64,000 nucleotides of DNA from an uncultured Thermodesulfobacteriota bacterium. GTDB taxonomy: Bacteria > Desulfobacterota > S145-22. A program made the position numbers and the translations under genes. Numbering within the stretch: the first letter of the stretch is position 1; every line of letters starts with the position of its first letter. The notes under the pieces were generated by a model. That model did no database searches. It worked only from the letters and a program-made list of their open reading frames with translations, and was not told where the DNA came from. The DNA is taken from contig CAZOBB010000068.1 in assembly GCA_964577975.1 (NCBI GenBank), positions 2,041 through 66,040 of the forward strand, written 5' to 3'. Positions 41,476 to 51,146 of the stretch are shown in pieces.

Positions 41476-41984
41476 AATTTAGAGGGAAAGTATGGGTGTT
41501 TGAGGATGATGTGGATACGGATCAAATCATTCCTGCGCGTTATCTTACCACGTCTGATCCAACGATCCTTGCCAGGCATTGCATGGAGGATGCCGATCCG
41601 ACCTTTCCTGGGAAGGTTCAGAAGGGCGATATTCTCGTGGCGGGGAAGAATTTTGGGAGTGGTTCTTCCCGGGAACATGCTCCTATTGCCATCAAAGCGG
41701 CGGGGATAGCGTGTGTGATTGCAGAGAGTTTTGCAAGGATTTTCTATCGCAATGCGTTTAACATGGGACTGCCCATCTTTGTGTGCGAAGGAATCAGCAA
41801 ATCGGTGAAAGACGGCGATATTGTTCAGGTAGACGGGGATAGGGGCGAGATCCTTTTGGAAAAGACAGGGGAGCGTTTTCAAGTGGCTCCCATTCCAGAG
41901 TTTATGCAGGCGTTGATAGAAGCGGGGGGGTTGATGCCGTATGTGAGAAGAACCTTTGTTGATGAGAAGGGTATCTCTTCTTGA
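41472..41984 (+). CDS. leuD: 3-isopropylmalate dehydratase small subunit
   Basis: ATGA overlap with leuC; 170 aa; aconitase swivel domain ([14 protein letters not shown]). Confidence 0.9.
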   Translation: MKFRGKVWVFEDDVDTDQIIPARYLTTSDPTILARHCMEDADPTFPGKVQKGDILVAGKNFGSGSSREHAPIAIKAAGIACVIAESFARIFYRNAFNMGLPIFVCEGISKSVKDGDIVQVDGDRGEILLEKTGERFQVAPIPEFMQALIEAGGLMPYVRRTFVDEKGISS

Positions 41985-42027
41985 AAGAGAACAGGGGGAC
42001 GTAGAAGAAAGAAGGGGAGGGAAGCCT

Positions 42028-43047
42028 ATGGAGAAAAAGGTGAATGTCGCGGTAGTGGGAGCCACGGGAGCCGTGGGGAACATGATGGTGGAGGTGCTCC
42101 AAGAGAGGAATTTTCCGGTAAATGAATTGAAACTTTTGGCCTCGGAGAGGAGCGCGGGAACGACCATGTTGTTCCACGGTAAGGCCCATAAAGTAGAAGT
42201 CTTAAAGCCGGAATCGTTTGACGGGATTGACGTGGCTCTGTTTTCTGCTGGAGGTTCCGTGAGCCTGGAATATGCCCCCATTGCCGCCGAGCGAGGGGCG
42301 GTCGTGGTGGATAACTCGAGCGCCTTTCGGATGGAGCCGGATGTTCCCCTGGTGGTTCCGGAGGTGAATCCCCAGCGGATCGCCGATTACCGAAACCGGG
42401 GGATTATTGCCAATCCCAACTGTTCCACCATCCAAATGGTGGTAGCCTTGAAACCGATCTACGATGCCGCGGGGATCGAACGGATTGTGGTTTCCACCTA
42501 CCAGGCCGTTTCGGGAACGGGGAAACGCGCTATCCAAGAATTACAGGATCAATCCATTTCCATTTTCAATTTCAAGCCGGTCAAGACGGAGGTTTATCCT
42601 CATCAGATCGCGTTTAATTGTCTGCCACACATCGATGTCTTTTTGGAGAACGGCTATACGAAGGAAGAGATGAAGATGGTCAACGAGACGAAGAAGATCC
42701 TGGAGGATCCTTCCATCCGTGTGACGGCGACTACGGTTCGGGTTCCCGTATTCTACGGTCATTCGGAATCTGTCAACGTGGAGACGAAAAAGAAGATCAG
42801 CGCCGAGGACGTGCGTGAGCTTCTCTCTAGGGCTCCAGGAGTGGTGGTCGTGGATGATCCTGACAGCAATCTCTATCCATTGGCTATCGACGCTGCCGGG
42901 AAGGACGAGACCTTCGTGGGCAGGATTCGAGAGGACGAGTCGATAGAAAAGGGAATCAACCTCTGGGTCGTGGCGGATAATATCCGTAAAGGGGCGGCGA
43001 CGAACGCCGTTCAGATAGCGGAGATCCTGATCGAACAATATTTCTAA
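42028..43047 (+). CDS. asd: Aspartate-semialdehyde dehydrogenase
   Basis: AGGGGAGGG RBS; N-terminus VNVAVVGATGAVG; active-site block NPNCSTIQMVVALKP. Confidence 0.9.
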   Translation: MEKKVNVAVVGATGAVGNMMVEVLQERNFPVNELKLLASERSAGTTMLFHGKAHKVEVLKPESFDGIDVALFSAGGSVSLEYAPIAAERGAVVVDNSSAFRMEPDVPLVVPEVNPQRIADYRNRGIIANPNCSTIQMVVALKPIYDAAGIERIVVSTYQAVSGTGKRAIQELQDQSISIFNFKPVKTEVYPHQIAFNCLPHIDVFLENGYTKEEMKMVNETKKILEDPSIRVTATTVRVPVFYGHSESVNVETKKKISAEDVRELLSRAPGVVVVDDPDSNLYPLAIDAAGKDETFVGRIREDESIEKGINLWVVADNIRKGAATNAVQIAEILIEQYF

Positions 43048-43081
43048 AAAACGTCGTGTAAGGGATTTTGCTAGAAGGGTT

Positions 43082-44296
43082 ATGATTAAAAAAATCCCTG
43101 TCTCGAAACTGAGGGTAGGCATGTATGTTGCCCGTATCGATCGCGGGTGGTTGGAAAATCCCTTTTTCAGGGGACGTTTCGAGATTGTCTCTCAGGATCA
43201 GATAGACAAATTTGCAGAGTATAACATTTCCGATGTGTATATTGATACGTCGAAGGGATTGGATGTTCTTGAGGAGAGCGGAAAAGAGTTAGAAAAGGGG
43301 GATCCATATCTCAGCCCGTCGATCGAAGTGGGGAAGAAAAAGGGGGAGGGAGAAGAGAGAAGGAAGGCCTATCGAAAGGCGGGAAGGCTCTATAAGAATT
43401 CTCTCGAAACCACACGGAGACTGATGAATGATGTTCGATTGGGTAGGCTTGTGGACGCTAAAGAGATAACAGATACGGTAGAGAATCTCGTGGATCAGAT
43501 TCTGAATGATCAGGATGCGATTGTTGGACTTGGCAAACTTCAGGATTATGACGATTATACGTATACCCATTCCCTCAATGTGTGTATCTTTTGCCTTGCC
43601 ATCGGGAGGGCTGTGGGCTATTCCAAAGAGAAGCTTTCTGTTCTTGGAGCGGGGGCTTTGGCACACGATTTTGGAAAGATGCTGGTTCCTAAAAAGATCT
43701 TGAATAAACCTGGGAAATTGACAGCGAGAGAGTTTGTCATTATGAAGGAGCATGTGATTCGGGGCGTGGAATACCTGAGGGGGGTTAGCGGGATGGTTCC
43801 GGAAGCGATTCAAGTGGCGTTGGAACATCATGAAAGGTATAGTGGAAGGGGTTATCCTCAAGGGCTGAAAGGGGAGAAGATTTCTGAGTTCGGAAAGATC
43901 GCGGCCGTTGTGGACGTGTATGATGCCATCACCTCTGATCGCGTGTATCACCGGGGGATGGTTCCTACTAAGGCTTTGCGGAAAATCTATGAGTGGCGGT
44001 ACCATGATTTCGATCCGGTGCTCGTGGAGTTGTTTATCAAAATTATCGGGATCTATCCGTTGGGAAGTTTGGTGCGATTAAGCGATGGGAGCATCGGTAT
44101 GGTGATTGAAGGGAATCCGAAAAATGCTGTTTGGCCTAAACTGCTTCTATTCTATGATCAAAAGGGGAATCTTCTTCGTGAACCAGTAAGAGTAGATCTT
44201 GCTAAAGAGACATCGTTGAAGATCTTGGAAAGCGTGGAGCCAAAAGAGGTAGAGGTGGATATAAAAAAGGCGTGGGATAAATATCTTTATCTGTGA
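43082..44296 (+). CDS. DUF3391-HD-GYP c-di-GMP phosphodiesterase-like protein
   Basis: N-terminus KIPVSKLRVGMYVARIDRGWLENPF (DUF3391-like); HD motif AHDFGKMLVP; HHERYSGRGYPQGL (GYP motif). Confidence 0.8.
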   Translation: MIKKIPVSKLRVGMYVARIDRGWLENPFFRGRFEIVSQDQIDKFAEYNISDVYIDTSKGLDVLEESGKELEKGDPYLSPSIEVGKKKGEGEERRKAYRKAGRLYKNSLETTRRLMNDVRLGRLVDAKEITDTVENLVDQILNDQDAIVGLGKLQDYDDYTYTHSLNVCIFCLAIGRAVGYSKEKLSVLGAGALAHDFGKMLVPKKILNKPGKLTAREFVIMKEHVIRGVEYLRGVSGMVPEAIQVALEHHERYSGRGYPQGLKGEKISEFGKIAAVVDVYDAITSDRVYHRGMVPTKALRKIYEWRYHDFDPVLVELFIKIIGIYPLGSLVRLSDGSIGMVIEGNPKNAVWPKLLLFYDQKGNLLREPVRVDLAKETSLKILESVEPKEVEVDIKKAWDKYLYL

Positions 44297-44420
44297 GGCA
44301 AGATGTCTTCTCTCCGGATCGAGTGTAGGGTTGCCTGGAGAAAAAGGGATCGATACCCTCGTGTGTGGGATGGATAGTTTGCTTGACAACCTTTCAAGGG
44401 GAACCAAACGGCCGAATTGA

Positions 44421-44450
44421 CACGCCTCGGTTGGATGTGGTAAAGATACG
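44421..44450 (+). promoter_or_regulatory. Candidate sigma-70 promoter for tRNA-Ser(CGA)
   Basis: TTGACA - 17 nt - TAAAGA, about 10 nt before the mature tRNA 5' end. Confidence 0.35.
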
Positions 44451-44459
44451 GCCGCGAGC

Positions 44460-44551
<92 letters not shown>

Positions 44552-44580
44552 TTTTCTATAAATGTGGATGGGTGGGGGGG

Positions 44581-44608
44581 TTCACATCCAACAAGGGTGT
44601 GATATAAT
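44581..44608 (+). promoter_or_regulatory. Candidate sigma-70 promoter for tRNA-Ser(GGA) / ffs
   Basis: TTCACA - 16 nt - TATAAT, 17 nt upstream of the tRNA 5' end. Confidence 0.45.
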
Positions 44609-44625
44609 GAGGTGATTTCGTGAAG

Positions 44626-44719
44626 GGAGAGATGTCCGAGCTGGCCGAAGGAGCACGATTGGAAATCGTGTGTACCCCCACAAGGGGTACCGAGGGTTCG
44701 AATCCCTCTCTCTCCGCCA
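44626..44719 (+). tRNA. tRNA-Ser (anticodon GGA), class II, encoded CCA
   Basis: Same acceptor and T arms as the first tRNA-Ser; anticodon stem-loop CACGA-TTGGAAA-TCGTG; long variable arm. Confidence 0.85.
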
Positions 44720-44730
44720 TGAGTGTGAAA

Positions 44731-44860
44731 GGGTGAATGGCCTGGATAGTCGGGTCCTGCGCAACATAAACCCGCGAACCCCGTCAGGTCCGGAAGGAAG
44801 CAGCGGTAGTGGGACCTTATGTGTGCCGCAGGGGTGCCTGACTATCCAGTCGGTTCACCC
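44731..44860 (+). ncRNA. ffs: Signal recognition particle RNA (small/4.5S-type SRP RNA)
   Basis: Contains the universally conserved domain-IV sequence GTCAGGTCCGGAAGGAAGCAGC; 5' GGGTGAATGGCCTGGATAGTC pairs with 3' GACTATCCAGTCGGTTCACCC; followed by a TTTT tract; lies immediately upstream of dnaX, the classic ffs-dnaX-ybaB-recR arrangement. Confidence 0.8.
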
Positions 44861-44878
44861 TTTTAATGGATAGTAGGC

Positions 44879-46570
44879 ATGTCGTATCTCGTTCTTGCTA
44901 GAAAATGGCGTCCCCAAACCTTTGAAGAGGTTGTTGGTCAGGAAATCATAACCAAGACCCTGAAGAACGCGATCGAACAAGGACGCGTTGCTCATGCCCT
45001 TTTGTTTTGTGGACCTCGAGGTGTTGGAAAGACCTCTGTGGCGCGCATCTTAGCCAAGGCCTTGAATTGCGAGCACGGTCCCACGGCTAATCCTTGCGGT
45101 ACATGCCCTGCCTGTCGAGAGATTACCCAGGGAACTAGCCTCGACATCCATGAAATCGATGGAGCTTCGAACCGGGGAATCGATGAAATCCGGAAACTCA
45201 AAGAGACGGTGGTCTATCTTCCTGCCAGCTTGACGACCAAGGTTATCATCATCGATGAAGTGCACATGCTGACGAAGGAGGCCTTCAACGCCCTTTTGAA
45301 GACGTTGGAAGAGCCTCCTGAGCATGTCGTCTTCATTCTCGCCACCACGGAACCCCACAAGATTCCTCCCACTATCCTTTCTCGGTGTCAACGTTACGAT
45401 TTTCGAAGGGTTCCCTTTCGGAAGATGGTGGCGCATCTGAAAAAGATAGTGGAAAAAGAAGGATTCTCGGTGGACGAGAAGGCCCTTATGCTGGTGGCTC
45501 GGGAGGCGACGGGAAGCCTTCGGGACGCAGAGGTCGTTCTTGATCAACTCATGCTTATTTCGGAGGGAAAGCGGATTACCGTGGAGGATGCCCGTTCGGC
45601 CCTTTCGGTCGTGGATACCTCTGTTATGTTGCGTTTTCTGAGGGGGATCATTGACAAAGAGCCGGAAACCGTTTTGAGTTTGGTTCACGAGCTGGTCGAT
45701 GCAGGGACGGATTTGGGCTCTTTCTATCGATCCTTTCTCTTCTTTCTCCACGATCTCCTCCTACTTAAGGCGGCGGGCGATGAGGAAGTTTCCATGGAAC
45801 GGGGCGAGGAGGAGATAAGGGAGATGAGAGAAATTATCCGTCCTGTTTCTCTGGAACAGATGGAGGCGTGGATTCAGATCTTTCATGAAAAAGAGCGGTT
45901 TGTGTTACAGAGTGATTATGCCCGTATTGGCATAGAAACGGCCCTGTTGAAGATGGTCCATCTCCATCAAGTGGTTTCCCTTACCTCGTTGATCCAACGG
46001 TTGGAGAAAAGGGTGGAGGGCGGAGTGGAAACCCCTTCTTCCACTGTTGAGGGAAAAAGGGGGAAAAAGAGGGAGGGGGAGGCAGATTCTCCATCGCGAA
46101 TTCATCATGAGGAAGGCGATGTTCCCGTGGAATCGGAAAAAGGGGAATCGGATACCGGCGAAGGGAATTTCCTGGCGGAATTCTTGGATTATGTAAAAAG
46201 GAAGGCGATGCCTCTTTCCGTGCAATTGTCGGAGGCTCACGGCTTCCGGTGGCGGGGAAATGTGGCGGAATTTCTGTTTCGACCCCATTCCTTTTCCCTT
46301 CATCTTCTTCAGACGCCCGAGAAGGAGATCCAGATCAAGGAGCTTTTGAAGACCTTTTCTGGGCGTGACGTGGGGAAGTTGGTCTTCAGAGAAGAAGAGG
46401 AAGGCAAAGGGAAGAAACAAAAGGGGCAAGAAACCAGTGGAAACGCCTCTCCTTCCCCTGGACAAAAAGGGTTGGCGCTGCACCCTGCCGTCAAAGACGC
46501 CTTGGGAATTCTTGGGGGAAGATTGGTCGAAATCAAACCTATTGATCGTAAAGAGAAGGAGGAACAATGA
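44879..46570 (+). CDS. dnaX: DNA polymerase III subunit tau/gamma
   Basis: AAA+ N-terminus FEEVVGQE...LFCGPRGVGKTS; Zn-module CGTCPAC; Walker B IIIDEVHML; low-complexity C-terminal region. Confidence 0.9.
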   Translation: MSYLVLARKWRPQTFEEVVGQEIITKTLKNAIEQGRVAHALLFCGPRGVGKTSVARILAKALNCEHGPTANPCGTCPACREITQGTSLDIHEIDGASNRGIDEIRKLKETVVYLPASLTTKVIIIDEVHMLTKEAFNALLKTLEEPPEHVVFILATTEPHKIPPTILSRCQRYDFRRVPFRKMVAHLKKIVEKEGFSVDEKALMLVAREATGSLRDAEVVLDQLMLISEGKRITVEDARSALSVVDTSVMLRFLRGIIDKEPETVLSLVHELVDAGTDLGSFYRSFLFFLHDLLLLKAAGDEEVSMERGEEEIREMREIIRPVSLEQMEAWIQIFHEKERFVLQSDYARIGIETALLKMVHLHQVVSLTSLIQRLEKRVEGGVETPSSTVEGKRGKKREGEADSPSRIHHEEGDVPVESEKGESDTGEGNFLAEFLDYVKRKAMPLSVQLSEAHGFRWRGNVAEFLFRPHSFSLHLLQTPEKEIQIKELLKTFSGRDVGKLVFREEEEGKGKKQKGQETSGNASPSPGQKGLALHPAVKDALGILGGRLVEIKPIDRKEKEEQ

Positions 46571-46881
46571 GTCCTAAACTGTCTGATATCATGAAACAAG
46601 CCCAAAAGATGCAAGCCAAGATGGCGGAGATTCAGGAAGAATTGGCTGAGAAAGTGGTGGAGGCCACATCCGGGGGCGGGATGGTCAAGGTGCAAGCGAA
46701 TGGTCGGCAGGAAATCCTTTCAATCCAGATCGAACCGGATGTGGTAAACCCAGATGATGTAGAGATGCTTCAGGATCTTGTAGTAGCCGCTGTTAATGAG
46801 GCCTTGCGAAAGTCCCAGGAGATGATGGCGGAAGAGATGAAGAAGCTGACCGGGGGCATGTCGATCCCGGGGCTGTTTTGA
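46567..46881 (+). CDS. ybaB: Nucleoid-associated protein YbaB/EbfC
   Basis: ATGA overlap with dnaX; 104 aa; MKQAQKMQAKMAEIQEELA...GGGMVKV is typical of YbaB. Confidence 0.9.
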   Translation: MSPKLSDIMKQAQKMQAKMAEIQEELAEKVVEATSGGGMVKVQANGRQEILSIQIEPDVVNPDDVEMLQDLVVAAVNEALRKSQEMMAEEMKKLTGGMSIPGLF

Positions 46882-46893
46882 GTTTCGGTGACC

Positions 46894-47493
46894 ATGGAAG
46901 CCTATCCCAAACCCATTGTCAGATTGATCGATTTGTTGGGAAAACTGCCGGGAGTGGGACGTAAGAGCGCCACACGGATGGCGTTTCATATTTTGTACGA
47001 GTCGGACCAGTATGGGGAATCATTGGCCGAGGCGATCGTGGCGGTCAAAAGCGATATCCGGCTTTGCACACGATGTTTCAACCTTTCCGATGGGGAGCTT
47101 TGTGCCATCTGCCGCAGCCCCAAGCGGGATCCCCACCTTCTTTGTGTGGTGGAGGATACGAAAGACCTGATCGCCGTGGAACAGACGGGTGCCTTTTCAG
47201 GGCTTTATCATGTGCTCCAAGGGCATCTCGATCCTTTGCAGGGGATAGGTCCAGAAAAGCTCAAGATTGAGGAGCTCTTAGAACGGTTGAGACATGAGCC
47301 GATTCGGGAGGTTATTCTTGCCACGAACCCTGATGCGGCGGGGACGGCGACGGCCCTCTATCTCCAAAAGCGTCTCCAGCCTTTTCACCTCAAGATCACG
47401 CGCCTTGCCCAAGGTGTCCCAGTTGGGGGCGATATCGAGTACGTGGATACCCAGACCCTTCGCGCTTCTCTCAAACAGCGCACGGAATTTTAA
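46894..47493 (+). CDS. recR: Recombination protein RecR
   Basis: HhH N-terminus LPGVGRKSATRMAFHIL; C4 zinc finger CTRCFNLSDGELCAICRS; Toprim domain. Confidence 0.9.
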   Translation: MEAYPKPIVRLIDLLGKLPGVGRKSATRMAFHILYESDQYGESLAEAIVAVKSDIRLCTRCFNLSDGELCAICRSPKRDPHLLCVVEDTKDLIAVEQTGAFSGLYHVLQGHLDPLQGIGPEKLKIEELLERLRHEPIREVILATNPDAAGTATALYLQKRLQPFHLKITRLAQGVPVGGDIEYVDTQTLRASLKQRTEF

Positions 47494-47520
47494 GCCCGCT
47501 TTGATTCTGCGTTTGTACGA

Positions 47521-47550
47521 AAAAAAGCCACGAGAATATCGTGGCTTTTC
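47521..47550. terminator. Bidirectional rho-independent terminator (recR on + / tRNA-Leu on -)
   Basis: AAAAAA-GCCACGA-gaatat-TCGTGGC-TTTTC. Confidence 0.6.
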
Positions 47551-47562
47551 GGTATCGAGATA

Positions 47563-47648
47563 TGGTGCCGAAGGCGGGACTCGAACCCGCACAGGCGTAG
47601 CCCACCACCCCCTCAAGATGGCGTGTCTACCAGTTCCACCACTTCGGC
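47563..47648 (-). tRNA. tRNA-Leu (anticodon GAG), class II, encoded CCA
   Basis: Reverse complement GCCGAAGTGGTGGAACTGGTAGACACGCCATCTTGAGGGGGTGG...GGGTTCGAGTCCCGCCTTCGGCACCA; acceptor GCCGAAG/CTTCGGC; anticodon loop TTGAGGG. Confidence 0.85.
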
Positions 47649-47656
47649 ACGAGGTT

Positions 47657-48031
47657 TCACGGCTTCGTTTTCGTTCCTGTTTCCGGTTTCGGTTGAGCTT
47701 CCGATGCCGGCTTTTGAGGAACCGTCTTCGGTTTCTCACCCGTTTTCACGGGAGCCGTTTTTTTCGTCTTGTTTTTCATGATGGTGGAGACGCTGGCTTT
47801 TCTGTGTCCGCTCGCATAGGCGAGTAGAAGCGAGGTTAACATGAAAACCACGGCGGCCCCCACCGTGACGCGATTGAGAAAAGGGGTCGATCCGGAACTG
47901 CCGAAGACCGTCTGGCTCGCCCCGGCTCCAAATGCCGCCCCGATGTCACTTCCTCGGCCTGTTTGCATAAGGATGATCAGAATCAGGGCAATTGCTACCA
48001 CCACGTGCAGAACAGAGATGACTGTTACCAT
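47657..48031 (-). CDS. secG: Preprotein translocase subunit SecG
   Basis: 124 aa; two TM helices with the conserved LMQTGRGSDIGAAFGAGASQTVFGS motif; Lys/Pro/Thr-rich C-terminal tail. Confidence 0.85.
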   Translation of the reverse strand: MVTVISVLHVVVAIALILIILMQTGRGSDIGAAFGAGASQTVFGSSGSTPFLNRVTVGAAVVFMLTSLLLAYASGHRKASVSTIMKNKTKKTAPVKTGEKPKTVPQKPASEAQPKPETGTKTKP

Positions 48032-48040
48032 TTGTTTTCC

Positions 48041-48805
48041 TTACACACCCCGCGTGACGATTTGAGCGAAGGAATCGGCTTTCAGACTAGCCCCTCCAAC
48101 CAACCCTCCGTCGATGTTTTCCATCGCCATGAGGCCTTCAATATTTTCCGGTTTTACGCTTCCTCCGTATAAGATACGGATTTCCGCCGCCATTCCTTTC
48201 CCCACCCGTGAATCGAGCCACTTTCGGATAAAGGCGTGCACCTCTTCCGCTTGTTCCGGGGAAGCAGTTTTTCCCGTCCCGATGGCCCAGATGGGTTCGT
48301 AAGCAAGGATCATAGACCGAACTTGTTCCGTTGTCAAGCCATTCAAGCCTTTTTCGAGCTCCTCTTCGATAATGGTGAAGGTTTGACCAGCCTCCCTCTG
48401 TTCCAGAGATTCTCCCACGCAAAGGATCGGTATAAGGTCGTGGGTGAAGGCGGCACGGAGTTTCTTGTTCACAGTTTCGTTCGTTTCTCCGAAATATTGA
48501 CGTCTTTCTGAATGCCCGATGATGACATGGCTACATCCGACCTCTTTCAGCATGACGGGAGAGATCTCGCCCGTGAAGGCCCCTTTTTCCTCCCAGTGCA
48601 TGTTCTGCCCTGCCAGGAGGAGAGAGGTGTCAGAGACGAGTTCCGAGGCTGTGGTGAGCGCCGTGAAAGGGGGCGCTATCAAGATGTCCACCTTTTCGGG
48701 CTCCACCTCTTTCGTTTGTCGGAGGATGCCCGTGATGAGATCTCGCGCCTCTCTCGTAGTCATGTGCATTTTCCAGTTGCCCGCGATCATGGGTTTGCGT
48801 TTCAT
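48041..48805 (-). CDS. tpiA: Triosephosphate isomerase
   Basis: 254 aa; IAGNWKMH N-terminus; active-site blocks GHSERR and AYEPIWAIGTGKTA. Confidence 0.92.
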   Translation of the reverse strand: MKRKPMIAGNWKMHMTTREARDLITGILRQTKEVEPEKVDILIAPPFTALTTASELVSDTSLLLAGQNMHWEEKGAFTGEISPVMLKEVGCSHVIIGHSERRQYFGETNETVNKKLRAAFTHDLIPILCVGESLEQREAGQTFTIIEEELEKGLNGLTTEQVRSMILAYEPIWAIGTGKTASPEQAEEVHAFIRKWLDSRVGKGMAAEIRILYGGSVKPENIEGLMAMENIDGGLVGGASLKADSFAQIVTRGV

Positions 48806-48823
48806 GCTTGAATCTCCTTGAAA

Positions 48824-50014
48824 TTATTGTGTGGCAAGGGCCTCGATTCCCGGAAGGGTTTTCCCTTCGAGAAACTCGAGTGACGCGCCTCCGCCACTGG
48901 AGATATGGGTTATCTGATCGGCCACGCCCGATTCATGAATAGCCCGAATAGAGTCCCCACCACCCACGTAGCTTTCTCCCGGTGAAGCCGCCACCGCCTT
49001 CGCTACTTCGAAGGTCCCTTTCGCGAAAGACGGGATTTCGAAGACTCCCATGGGACCGTTCCAAAAGATCATGGTGGCGTCACGTAATTGTTCCTCGAAG
49101 GCCTTGATCGTTTGCGGGCCGATGTCCACTCCTTTGAAATCGGGGGGGATGGCCGCTCCTTCCGTTGTCTGAAAAGAGGCCGTTTCACCAATATCGGTGG
49201 CGATTACGTGATCGCTCGGGAGGAGAAAGCTCGTGTGGGTGGTTTCTGCTTTCTTCAGAATGGATTTCGCATCTTGGAAGGAATCTGTTTCAACAAGAGA
49301 ACTTCCCACCTCGATACCTTGAACTTTTAGAAAGGTGTAGGCCATGGCCCCGCCAATGAGGATGGTATGAGCCTTTCCCATGAGGGAGAGAAGGATCCCT
49401 AACTTGTCGGAGACCTTGGCGCCTCCCAAGATGAGGACGAATTTTTCAGTCTGGGCTTTCAGGACGCGTGTAAGGGCCTCTACTTCCTTCTTGAGGAGAA
49501 ACCCGCCTCCTTTGATGTCCATCAATCTAGGGACACCTACGACGGAAGCGTGGGCCCTGTGAACGGCGCCAAAGGCGTCACTGATATACACATCCCCCAG
49601 ACTAGCCAGTGCCTCGGCAAAGGCGGGATCATTCTTGGTCTCTCCTTTATGAAACCGGAGGTTTTCCAGAAGGAGAATCTCCCCTTCCCCAAGGGAAGCC
49701 ACGGTGTTTTCCACCTCTGATCCCACGCAATCCGGCGCGAGGGTGACGGGGCGACCTAAAATCTCCGAAAGTCTTATGGCCACTGGTCGGAGGCTCAGCT
49801 CAGGTGTGACCTTCCCTTTGGGTCTCCCGAGATGGGACATCAGGATGACACGACTCCGTTGCTCCAAGGCATACCGGAGGGTGGGAAGGGCCATTTGGAT
49901 ACGACTGTCATCCGCGACGGTTCCCTCTTTCAAGGGGACGTTGAAGTCGACCCGTAGCAGGACGCGTTTCCCCGCGATGGGGAGTTGGTCGATCGTTTTG
50001 AAGGGGAGGCTCAT
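48824..50014 (-). CDS. pgk: Phosphoglycerate kinase
   Basis: Start taken at [11 protein letters not shown] (ATGA overlap with the gap stop; the upstream in-frame extension is likely not translated); RVDFNVP and GGGAS.E motifs. Confidence 0.9.
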   Translation of the reverse strand: MSLPFKTIDQLPIAGKRVLLRVDFNVPLKEGTVADDSRIQMALPTLRYALEQRSRVILMSHLGRPKGKVTPELSLRPVAIRLSEILGRPVTLAPDCVGSEVENTVASLGEGEILLLENLRFHKGETKNDPAFAEALASLGDVYISDAFGAVHRAHASVVGVPRLMDIKGGGFLLKKEVEALTRVLKAQTEKFVLILGGAKVSDKLGILLSLMGKAHTILIGGAMAYTFLKVQGIEVGSSLVETDSFQDAKSILKKAETTHTSFLLPSDHVIATDIGETASFQTTEGAAIPPDFKGVDIGPQTIKAFEEQLRDATMIFWNGPMGVFEIPSFAKGTFEVAKAVAASPGESYVGGGDSIRAIHESGVADQITHISSGGGASLEFLEGKTLPGIEALATQ

Positions 50015-51048
50015 TCCGTTCCTTTCGCCACGAAGCCGAAGAGTTCGCTCATGCGATTGGAGAATCCCCATTCGTTGTCGTACCACGAGAGAATTTTGAC
50101 CATCCGTCCCCCAATGACCTTCAGAGACGGCGCGTCTATGGTTGAGGAGTTGGGATTTCCGTTGAAATCAATGGAGACCAGAGGTTCTTCACTGATACCG
50201 AGGATTCCCTTCATGCTGCCTTCTGCGTAGGATTTGAAGGTATCAAGAAGTTCCTCCACCGTGGTCTCTTTTGAGAGCCACGCGACCAGATCTACCACCG
50301 ATACGTTGGGAGTGGGCACTCGAATGGCCATTCCGTCCAATTTCCCTTCCGTTTCCGGGATCACGAGGGAGAGGGCCTTCGCCGCGCCGGTCGTGGTGGG
50401 AATCATGGACACCCCAGCGGCGCGCGCCCGGCGGAGATCCTTGTGGGGCAGATCGAGGATACGCTGATCGTTTGTGTAGGCGTGAGTGGTAGTCATTAGG
50501 CCGTACTCGAGCCCGAATTTGTCAACGAGAATCTTTGCGATTGGCGCGAGACAATTGGTGGTGCAGGATCCCATTGAGATGACGTGATGTTTGGCTGGAT
50601 CGTACACTTCCGGATTGACGCCCAGCACGACGGTTACGTCGGCGTTTTTGGAAGGTGCCGAAATGATGACTTTCTTGGCTCCCGCCGCAAGGTGACCTGC
50701 CGCCTTGTCGCGATCCGTGAAAAGGCCGGTGCTTTCCAGAACGATGTCAACCCCCAGCTCTTTCCAAGGAAGTTTTTGCATGTCTCGCTCGGAGAGGACG
50801 CGGATCTTTTTGCCATTGACAACGAGATAATCTCCTTCGACGGAGACATCCGCCTCGATCTTTCCATGGACGGAATCGTATTTCAAAAGATGGGCCAGTG
50901 TTTGGCTGTCCGTTAAATCGTTTACAGCGACGAATTCCAAATTATCTTTGTTCAACGAAGCGCGGAAAACATTCCTTCCGATTCGTCCGAACCCATTAAT
51001 CGCGATTTTTAGCGCCATAGTTTCCTCCACTTTGTAAGTTTTGGTCAT
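50011..51048 (-). CDS. gap: Glyceraldehyde-3-phosphate dehydrogenase (type I)
   Basis: 345 aa; Rossmann motif INGFGRIGR; active-site SCTTNCLAP. Confidence 0.95.
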   Translation of the reverse strand: MTKTYKVEETMALKIAINGFGRIGRNVFRASLNKDNLEFVAVNDLTDSQTLAHLLKYDSVHGKIEADVSVEGDYLVVNGKKIRVLSERDMQKLPWKELGVDIVLESTGLFTDRDKAAGHLAAGAKKVIISAPSKNADVTVVLGVNPEVYDPAKHHVISMGSCTTNCLAPIAKILVDKFGLEYGLMTTTHAYTNDQRILDLPHKDLRRARAAGVSMIPTTTGAAKALSLVIPETEGKLDGMAIRVPTPNVSVVDLVAWLSKETTVEELLDTFKSYAEGSMKGILGISEEPLVSIDFNGNPNSSTIDAPSLKVIGGRMVKILSWYDNEWGFSNRMSELFGFVAKGTE

Positions 51049-51146
51049 TTATACCGTAACGGCCCGCCTTTTTCAAGCTGACGTTCCGCGTGGGGGAGTA
51101 CTTTTGGCTTTCAGGATGAAGGGGTCTTTGAATCGGTATTCCCTTA

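Noticed and set aside
38635-42281. Series of minus-strand ORFs (38635..39537, 39787..40572, 40735..41442, 41385..42281)
   Set aside because: All are antisense to leuA, leuC, leuD and asd, which have diagnostic active-site motifs on the plus strand.
45050-46567. Minus-strand ORFs 45050..45751 and 45905..46567
   Set aside because: Antisense to dnaX. No independent support.
44879-46570. Possible programmed -1 frameshift site in dnaX (tau/gamma)
   Set aside because: I looked for an A-AAA-AAG-type slippery heptamer followed by a stem-loop. Only five-A runs (GAAAAAG) are present in the C-terminal half, so no canonical site is evident. The gamma subunit may arise another way or not at all.
48824-50086. 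24-codon N-terminal extension on the pgk ORF ([24 protein letters not shown]...)
   Set aside because: The extension overlaps the gap coding region. The conserved Pgk N-terminus begins at MSLPFKT with an AAGGA RBS and an ATGA overlap to the gap stop, so the shorter start was taken.
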